From positions 55,422 through 87,421 of the forward strand of contig DASQZD010000086.1 in NCBI GenBank assembly GCA_035638855.1: DNA of 32,000 bases, written 5' to 3'. This DNA is from Nodularia sp. (in: cyanobacteria). Lineage in GTDB: Bacteria > Cyanobacteriota > Cyanobacteriia > Cyanobacteriales > Nostocaceae. Position numbers and translations under genes: made by a program. Of this stretch, positions 1 to 7,646 are shown piece by piece; position 1 is the stretch's first letter, and every line of letters starts with the position of its first letter. Under the pieces are notes generated by a model, which was given only the letters and a program-made list of their open reading frames with translations, did not search any database and was not told the DNA's origin.

Positions 1-350
1 ATTCACATTTACCTCACGGTGATGTAACTTCCATGAAGTGGTCTAGCCTACTAGCGCTGGGGATTTCCGGCGGCTTATTACCTTGTCCTTCAGCCTTAGT
101 AGTTTTGCTGAGTGCGATCGCAATGGGACGAATTGGCTTTGGACTAGCCCTGGTATCTGCCTTTAGCTTAGGTCTAGCAGCCGTACTAACCGGAATCGGC
201 TTAATGCTAGTCTACGCCAAAAATCGGTTTGAGCATTTGCCACTCCAGATACCCAGAATCAAGATGTTACCCGTAGCAAGTGCCTTATGTATCACCCTAA
301 TAGGCTTAGGCATTACCTCACAGGCTTTACTCGCTCATCCCTGGAACTAG
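1..350 (+). CDS. Nickel/cobalt transporter-like membrane protein (NicO/RcnA family), C-terminal part; the 5' end lies outside the window
   Basis: The frame of ORF 33..350 stays open to the left edge (..HLPHGDVTSMKW..). Two or three hydrophobic helices are present. The motif GISGGLLPCPSA resembles the G-x-x-PCP-x-A signature of RcnA/NicO-type permeases. Confidence 0.55.
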   Translation, partial: SHLPHGDVTSMKWSSLLALGISGGLLPCPSALVVLLSAIAMGRIGFGLALVSAFSLGLAAVLTGIGLMLVYAKNRFEHLPLQIPRIKMLPVASALCITLIGLGITSQALLAHPWN

Positions 351-397
351 ATGAATCCAAAGCATTCAGTTTTGTAAAAATAACCTAAAACAACTAT

Positions 398-1132
398 ATG
401 TCACAAGCAATTAAACAATCCATCGTCTCAGAAAACAATCTATCTCATCCCTCCACCAAGTTGTCGCAAACAGCCTCCAAGAGTTTGAGTGAGCGTTCAT
501 TGAATTTTTGGCAAAAATCCCTAAGACGTTCAATCCCTATTGCCTCTGCTGCCATCGCTCTATCTGTAAGTGTTATCCTGCCATCTCAGGCATCCACTAT
601 TTCATATTCTGGTGACACAACAAACGCACCAAGTTTTAACCGTCCTGAAACCGAAGGCTTTGAAAGTGGTACAAACCCACCCACATCACTTTCTAGTAAT
701 GGCACAGCCGTTCCTTATTACAGCCAGCCTTTCTTAGTTGATACGACTGGACTCTATAATGTTGTAGGTTCTCAAAACTTCCTGGGTATCCAGTTCTTGT
801 ACCAAGACAGCTTCAACCCAACTACCCCATTAGTTAATTTACTTAATGGGAATGATCCTTTCCCAGATGAAGGCACATCTGGTTTTAGCGACTTGAGCTT
901 AACTGCCAATAATCAATATTTCTTAGTCACTACTGGATTTGACAATAGCAATAACAGTTTTGGTACTTTTACCAATACCATTACAGGCCCTGGCAATATT
1001 ACACTTGTCCCCGACCCTTCTTCAATCTCTGTCCCCGAACCTTCTTCAATCGCTAGCACAGTAATCTTTGGGATTTTTGGAAGCACCTTAATACTAAAGC
1101 GCAAACTGAAAAAGCTAAAATCTGTCAACTAA
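398..1132 (+). CDS. PEP-CTERM sorting-domain secreted protein
   Basis: The C-terminus VPEPSSIASTVIFGIFGSTLILKRKLKK has PEP, a hydrophobic helix and a basic cluster, which is a PEP-CTERM anchor. A signal-peptide-like RRSIPIASAAIALSVSVILPSQA|ST only begins near residue 43. An in-frame TTG at 500..502 may therefore be the true start. Confidence 0.75.
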   Translation: MSQAIKQSIVSENNLSHPSTKLSQTASKSLSERSLNFWQKSLRRSIPIASAAIALSVSVILPSQASTISYSGDTTNAPSFNRPETEGFESGTNPPTSLSSNGTAVPYYSQPFLVDTTGLYNVVGSQNFLGIQFLYQDSFNPTTPLVNLLNGNDPFPDEGTSGFSDLSLTANNQYFLVTTGFDNSNNSFGTFTNTITGPGNITLVPDPSSISVPEPSSIASTVIFGIFGSTLILKRKLKKLKSVN

Positions 1133-1163
1133 CCTCCCATTTGAAGTAAGAATCGCTATACTT

Positions 1164-1267
1164 ATACCAATTTTCTGTAAACTTGCACTTAATAACTAAT
1201 TTACTTCTTTACGTACTTGGTGGTAATTTTAATAAATATTAAGTGCATCTTAATGAATAATTGGTAT
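1164..1267. repeat. Imperfect inverted repeat (31-nt arms 1164..1194 and 1237..1267)
   Basis: The left arm is ataccaatt-N11-tgcacttaata and the right arm is tattaagtgca-N11-aattggtat. The outer 9 nt and inner 11 nt are perfectly complementary; the middle 11 nt match only partly. Confidence 0.5.
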
Positions 1268-1404
1268 TAATTTAACGGGCGATTGTCCTTTAAGGGCTGA
1301 ATCTAAGCTCCCAAAAATAGCAATGAATTAGATAAACTACGACTATTTAATTCATTGCTACTTATATCTGATAATTTTTCAGAAAATATTATTTTGAGGA
1401 AAAT

Positions 1405-1515
1405 ATGAAACGATTTATCTTCATTTCTTTAATAACTGCTTTGTGCATAATAGGCTACTTTGAAATTAGCTTGTCACAGGCTGAAAAACTTTTTTGGCTG
1501 AACTTGGGTCTTTGA
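1405..1515 (+). CDS. Possible 36-aa hydrophobic small protein (MKRFIFISLITALCIIGYFEISLSQAEKLFWLNLGL)
   Basis: An ATG is preceded by GAGGA at 1396..1400. The N-terminus looks like a signal peptide or TM helix. It is below the 60-aa cut-off of the ORF track and has no other support. Confidence 0.2.
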   Translation: MKRFIFISLITALCIIGYFEISLSQAEKLFWLNLGL

Positions 1516-1570
1516 AATACTCCCTCACGAAATTATTTCGCACTCCGCACTCGTAATTTTCGCTGATTAG

Positions 1571-1911
1571 CTAATTTCTTATCTTTACTTTGACATACTC
1601 ACCAACACGAAGCTGCGGTGATTCTTGACAGTTCACGAAGTAGTCTTACATTGACACTCCCTACCCGTTTAAGGTCGTGGCGATACCCCATTGGATGCGT
1701 TCTCATCTCTGTCTTTCTCAGTACCACAATGTAAACAAAGTATTGAACGAATAGAGAGGTCAATTTTCCCGCACCTAAACCCACAATCACAACATACTGG
1801 GCTTGTGGGTTTTCACTTATCTATGATGCGAAAATCACGGTTAAATTTTTTTGATTTAGCCGCACAAAGATTTCTAAATTCTTGCCATCCTTGCAAGCTG
1901 ACAACCATTTT
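1571..1911 (-). pseudogene. tnpB: 5'-truncated, frameshifted remnant of an IS200/IS605-family TnpB (OrfB) C-terminus
   Basis: The minus-strand translation reads GWQEFRNLCAAKSKKFNRDFRIIDK*KPTSPVCCDCGFRCGKIDLSIRSILCLHCGTEKDRDENASNG. A second frame then gives LKRVGSV.., and a third gives ESPQLRVGEYV..*. These fit the TnpB pattern GW-EF..ID..PTS..C..CG..L..R..C..CG..DRD.NA plus the ESP..GE tail. One in-frame TGA and at least two frameshifts are present, and no N-terminal portion remains. Confidence 0.65.
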
Positions 1912-1964
1912 CTAGCTTCAGTCTTTTTGGCTTGGGTAACCAGGGTTTTTAACCCAAATTTTCG

Positions 1965-1994
1965 ATAAGAAAGGGGGAAACCAAAAGTACCCCC
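1965..1994 (-). terminator. Possible intrinsic terminator of prk
   Basis: On the minus strand GGGGG-tacttttggttt-CCCCC is followed by TTTCTTAT, 28 nt downstream of the prk stop. The stem is short at 5 bp. Confidence 0.35.
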
Positions 1995-2021
1995 GAAAGC
2001 TGTGACACAAGCACTGCTTAC

Positions 2022-3026
2022 TTAAACTTCAACTGCTAGTTTGGCTTCTTTTGCTGTCAAGCGCTCGTAAGCGGCGCGCATTTTCAAACCTGTCAGCACT
2101 TGGAACAACCCAGTTCCGTTATTGGAACCTGGATACTCACGGTGTTGGAGTAGCAAGTGAGTCATCTCACCTTCATATTTGGTGGATGTCTTACTCAGAT
2201 GAGTTTCGATATAAATAACTTCATCTAGGTTGTCGAATTGACCATCTACTTCTAATACTGAAACGTAACGACCGTAGTAGACATCAGAACCATAGTATAC
2301 TTGCATTCCTGGGTATGAACAAGTTAGTTTGCGTCCGCAGGGAGTCCAGTTAATTGTTGACCCTTCATCAAACAAGTAACTTGGCTCGAAACCTTCTTTG
2401 CCTTCACGTTGGAGCATACGTACCCGCAGCACCTTGCGTTCGGTATCATTCTTAATCAGGTTCGTGGGTAGTACCTGTAGCACCACATCAGCATATTCTC
2501 TTTGTGGCTCAATGAATTTTTCAAAATCGGGTTTACGAGAATTGATTTGAGCTAAAACATCTTCATAACGATGTCCTCTTTCTGCCATATCTCGCTGGAT
2601 TTTCCAAGCAATTTTGACTTCATCACTAATATCAAAGTAGACGCTAAAATCAAGTAGCGATCGCACTCTTTCATCATATAAAGGATGAAGACCTTCCACA
2701 ACTACAATGTGATTTGGCTCCACACGCTCCGGTGGATCAATCATACCTGTTTCGTGGTTATAAATCGGCTTCTCAATCACTTGACCTTCTTTGAGCGCTT
2801 TGATTTGCTCATACATCAAGTCAAAATTATTAGCTCTGGGGTCAAGTGCAGTTATCCCAGTCTCTTTGCGCTGTTTGCGGTCTAGAGAATGATAGTCATC
2901 TAAACAGATAACCGTCATGAACTCTTCACCAAATAAATCTATTAAACGACGCAAAAAAGTAGATTTACCGCATCCAGAGTCTCCGGCTACTCCAATCAAT
3001 ACCACGCGTTCTGGCTTAGTTGTCAT
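2022..3026 (-). CDS. prk: Phosphoribulokinase
   Basis: The 334-aa product has a P-loop VVLIGVAGDSGCGKSTF followed by ICLDDYHSLDRKQRKE and EGLHPLYDERVR, as in cyanobacterial and plant PRK. Confidence 0.96.
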   Translation of the reverse strand: MTTKPERVVLIGVAGDSGCGKSTFLRRLIDLFGEEFMTVICLDDYHSLDRKQRKETGITALDPRANNFDLMYEQIKALKEGQVIEKPIYNHETGMIDPPERVEPNHIVVVEGLHPLYDERVRSLLDFSVYFDISDEVKIAWKIQRDMAERGHRYEDVLAQINSRKPDFEKFIEPQREYADVVLQVLPTNLIKNDTERKVLRVRMLQREGKEGFEPSYLFDEGSTINWTPCGRKLTCSYPGMQVYYGSDVYYGRYVSVLEVDGQFDNLDEVIYIETHLSKTSTKYEGEMTHLLLQHREYPGSNNGTGLFQVLTGLKMRAAYERLTAKEAKLAVEV

Positions 3027-4022
3027 AAATTTCCTCTAAATACTAAATGTGTCAATCAATATTTTTTCACACAGAAGATTTTTAAACCAGGAGTTTACCC
3101 CATTGGTTGATCCTGTGTTTTTGCTACTCAGCAGGGCTATGGAATATCTAGACGGGCATACAACCAAACTATAGTTGTCTCTCATCTAACTTATACTTAA
3201 TTCCTTGCTGGCTGGTAAGTATTTAATCCTAGTGGTGTATTTGATTTTAACAGAAGGGGGTATTCTATAACAAGATTTGCTCTTGTCAATAATCTCCTAC
3301 TTTCTCAATCATCACCAATAATTAAATTATCAATTTTCAGTCACCTGTGAACACCCCTAAAAGTGTTGTATCAAAGTCGTCTACTGAGTTTAGCCCTTGA
3401 TTCGTTAAATTTGTCAAGTATAATTTATTTTGATCAACCGGAAAATTTGCACGAGTGCTATGACAATGCTCGAAAGATTCCACCTCAGAATGATCAGGTT
3501 ACACAAGCCGCATCATCAGAGTTTGAGGCGAGAATTTGAGCAAGGTACTTCTAAAGGTTGACAGATGTTTCACATCAAGTGAAACTTATTGTAGGTGTCT
3601 CTCAGTTAGGACTAGAACCCCAAAACCCTGTTTTTTTCCAGCAGGGGTTACTCCTGATATAGGGCTTTCAGCAAGTGTTACCGAAAGGTAAGTCTATTTT
3701 AATAGTCGTATAACAGGAAACTGCCAAGCTATAGGTCATTGGGTCTTGCCCTTTGGGTGGTTGAAAGCTATCTCCTTGATAGGATTAGCAGTTCACGAAA
3801 AAAAGATTAAATTGACTCATTATTAACATTCTGCCAAAGGCTGATCCTTTACCTTAGAAGGTGAGCAGGTGTGTTTTTTGCTATCCTTGTATGTCTTTGG
3901 TGAGTGAACCTAGCACGGCATTAGCTGATGATGCCGCTTTCCCAGAGAGCCAGTCTTGGTATCCGAAAATTCGGTACACTAAAACTGGTAAAAGGAAAGA
4001 ATTTTTTTTGAGAAACGGTTAA

Positions 4023-5387
<1,365 letters not shown>

Positions 5388-5448
5388 GTTAGTCTATAGT
5401 CTTTAGTCATTGGACTGAGCCTAGCTAACAAAGGATCATAAGTAATAA

Positions 5449-5485
5449 GTAGGGTGGGTTGTTGACTCACCCTACAATTGTTTTA
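5449..5485 (+). terminator. Intrinsic terminator downstream of petH
   Basis: A perfect 8-bp stem gtagggtg (5449..5456) pairs with caccctac (5468..5475) around an 11-nt loop. It is followed by aattgtttta. Confidence 0.55.
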
Positions 5486-5645
5486 TATGGACAGCTGAGA
5501 ACAGAGTTCTAAGTGCTTGATTCACCCACGGGAATTAATTCCTGGGGCTTATACCAACTAATTGATGATTAGTTGGCTCATTAGTATAAATCAGGAAGCA
5601 CTCAGAATGTTGCACTCAGCACTCAAAAATTAGGGTGTAAAATTT

Positions 5646-6932
5646 GTGGGAGTGAAACTAGGAATATTAGGTTTAGGCACTGTCGGCACGGGTACGGTGC
5701 AGTTACTGCAAGATTTGGTGGGACGTAACCCGTTATTGCAGTCCGTGGAAATATATCGAGTGGGAGTGCGATCGCTTGATAAAATTCGGGATGTAGAATT
5801 ACCTGTAGATGTCTTAACGACAGATTTAGAAGCCATTGTCAATGATCCGGCGGTAGATATTGTCGTGGAGTTAATCGGTGGACTCGAACCGGCGCGATCG
5901 CTGATTCTCCAAGCTTTAAACAATGGTAAACACGTCGTTACCGCCAATAAAGCTGCGATCGCGCGTTTTGGGGCAGAAATCTTTACAACTGCTAACCAAG
6001 CCGGGGTATATGTGATGTTAGAAGCGGCTGTAGGCGGTGGTATCCCAGTGATTCAACCCCTGAAGCAGTCCTTAAGCGTTAACCGTATTAATACTATTAC
6101 TGGCATCGTTAACGGTACAACAAATTACATCCTTACCAGGATGCAAACCGAAGGTAGCAACTTCAGCGATGTCTTAGCTGATGCCCAAAAATTAGGTTAC
6201 GCCGAAGCTGACCCCACGGCTGATGTAGACGGTTTAGATGCAGCTGATAAAATTGCCATCCTGGCATCATTAGGCTTTGATGGACGCATCAACCTAGAAG
6301 ATGTCTATTGTGAAGGAATTAGACAAGTCAGCAAGACAGATATTACCTATGCCGAAAAATTGGGATTTGTGATTAAATTATTAGCGATCGCTAAACAATA
6401 CAGCGACTCATCTCCCCTCTCAGTCAGAGTGCATCCCACCTTAGTACCCAAAGCACATCCATTAGCTAGCGTTAACGGTGTATATAATGCCATTCTCATC
6501 GAAGGAGAACCCATCGGGCAGGTAATGTTTTTTGGACCCGGTGCAGGTGCGGGTGCAACAGCCAGCGCCGTCACCTCAGATATCTTAAATTTAGTTGCTG
6601 TCCTCAAAACCAGTACAACCAACCCAAATCCACTCTTAACTTGTGGACACCAAGATTACTGTCAAATTGCCCCAATCACAGAACTAGTAACGCGATTTTA
6701 TGCCCGATTCCTCACCAAAGACCAACCAGGAGTTATTGGTAAATTGGGTACTTGCTTTGGCAACTATGGCGTTAGCTTAGAGTCAGTAGTCCAAACAGGC
6801 TTTCACGAAGGACTAGCAGAAATTGTGGTTGTCACCCGCGATGTGCGAGAAGGAGATTTTCGGCAAGCCCTAACAGAAATTCGCAATTTAGAAGCTATAG
6901 ATAGTATTCCCAGTTTACTGCGAGTGCTGTAA
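5646..6932 (+). CDS. hom: Homoserine dehydrogenase
   Basis: A GTG start leads into the Rossmann motif LGILGLGTVGTG. The motifs TANKA, GGIPVI, NGTTNYILT and YAEADPT..D..G.DAA.K are present, followed by a C-terminal ACT-like domain. Confidence 0.93.
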   Translation: MGVKLGILGLGTVGTGTVQLLQDLVGRNPLLQSVEIYRVGVRSLDKIRDVELPVDVLTTDLEAIVNDPAVDIVVELIGGLEPARSLILQALNNGKHVVTANKAAIARFGAEIFTTANQAGVYVMLEAAVGGGIPVIQPLKQSLSVNRINTITGIVNGTTNYILTRMQTEGSNFSDVLADAQKLGYAEADPTADVDGLDAADKIAILASLGFDGRINLEDVYCEGIRQVSKTDITYAEKLGFVIKLLAIAKQYSDSSPLSVRVHPTLVPKAHPLASVNGVYNAILIEGEPIGQVMFFGPGAGAGATASAVTSDILNLVAVLKTSTTNPNPLLTCGHQDYCQIAPITELVTRFYARFLTKDQPGVIGKLGTCFGNYGVSLESVVQTGFHEGLAEIVVVTRDVREGDFRQALTEIRNLEAIDSIPSLLRVL

Positions 6933-7112
6933 ATAGGCTCAGAAATTAGCAGGAGACAAGGTAGAACAGCATAAAGAGCAGGGTTCAGGGGGAAGACTTT
7001 GGGCGAGTGCGACAATCTTCTCTCTCTTTTTCCCAACTTCCCCACATCCCTTTAATTGCGAAAATATACATAAAAGCTATGTATTATAAAGAATAGCCTC
7101 TACCTCAAGAAC

Positions 7113-7544
7113 ATGGAACCTTTAACTGCTGCGATCGCCATTGGCTCTGTAGTCGCCACCAAAGCCTTAGAAAAAACAGGCGAAAAGGTAGGCGAAGTTT
7201 TATGGGACAAAACTATTCAGTTTCTTGTCAAGCTGAGAAAACACTTTCCTCAAACTGTAGTTGCAATTGAGAAAGCACCAGAACAACCCCTAGATTATGG
7301 CAAGGCTTTAATTGAGGTGGAATCTGCGGCGCAGGCTGATCCGGAAGTGGCACAAGCTGCACAGGAATTGGCAGCAGCAGCAAAAGCAGAAACACCATCC
7401 AATTTGAATGAAATTCTTATAGAAATAGCAGAAACACTTAAATCTCAATCTTCAACAAATCAGACCAGGATTGAAAGCATCGAGAAGATTGTTAACTTTG
7501 CTCAGAGAGATATTAATATTCAAACCCAAACCATAAATCTTTGA
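7113..7544 (+). CDS. N-terminal helical domain ORF of an NLR-like STAND gene, ended by an in-frame TGA
   Basis: The 143-aa product starts with a small-residue hydrophobic helix (MEPLTAAIAIGSVVATKA). The rest is A/E/Q-rich and looks helical. It is in the same frame as 7647..9896, with only the TGA at 7542..7544 between them. Confidence 0.5.
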   Translation: MEPLTAAIAIGSVVATKALEKTGEKVGEVLWDKTIQFLVKLRKHFPQTVVAIEKAPEQPLDYGKALIEVESAAQADPEVAQAAQELAAAAKAETPSNLNEILIEIAETLKSQSSTNQTRIESIEKIVNFAQRDINIQTQTINL

Positions 7545-7646
7545 CTGAAGTCGTCCGCCGGCGAACGGACAAAGTTAACTCCCACAAAATATATTCCTTA
7601 TCGTGGTTCGGTTCATTTTGTCGGACGTGAACAGGAACTGACACGA

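Noticed and set aside
1599-1915. Track ORFs 1599..1790 (-) and 1691..1915 (+) as independent small genes
   Set aside because: Both overlap the TnpB remnant. The minus ORF is merely one of the three frames through the decayed TnpB tail. The plus ORF is its antisense and has no features.
5878-5896. tRNA-like T-arm string ggactcgaaccggcgcg
   Set aside because: It lies in frame within homoserine dehydrogenase (..GGLEPARS..). No acceptor stem, anticodon arm or D-arm can be built around it.
5630-5947. Minus-strand ORFs antisense to hom (5630..5947, 6347..6622, 6803..7045) and to petH (4278..4478, 4967..5372)
   Set aside because: They overlap high-confidence CDSs whose products carry complete catalytic motifs. 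The antisense products are S/T/P-rich with no recognisable features.
7542-7570. The TGA at 7542 as a selenocysteine codon, with the downstream hairpin gtccg-N8-cggac as a SECIS element
   Set aside because: The stem is only 5 bp and has no recognisable SECIS loop features. No selenoprotein-type context, such as a redox Cys/Sec motif, surrounds the codon. The Sec machinery cannot be assessed from this window. A nonsense mutation, a sequencing error or simple read-through is more parsimonious.
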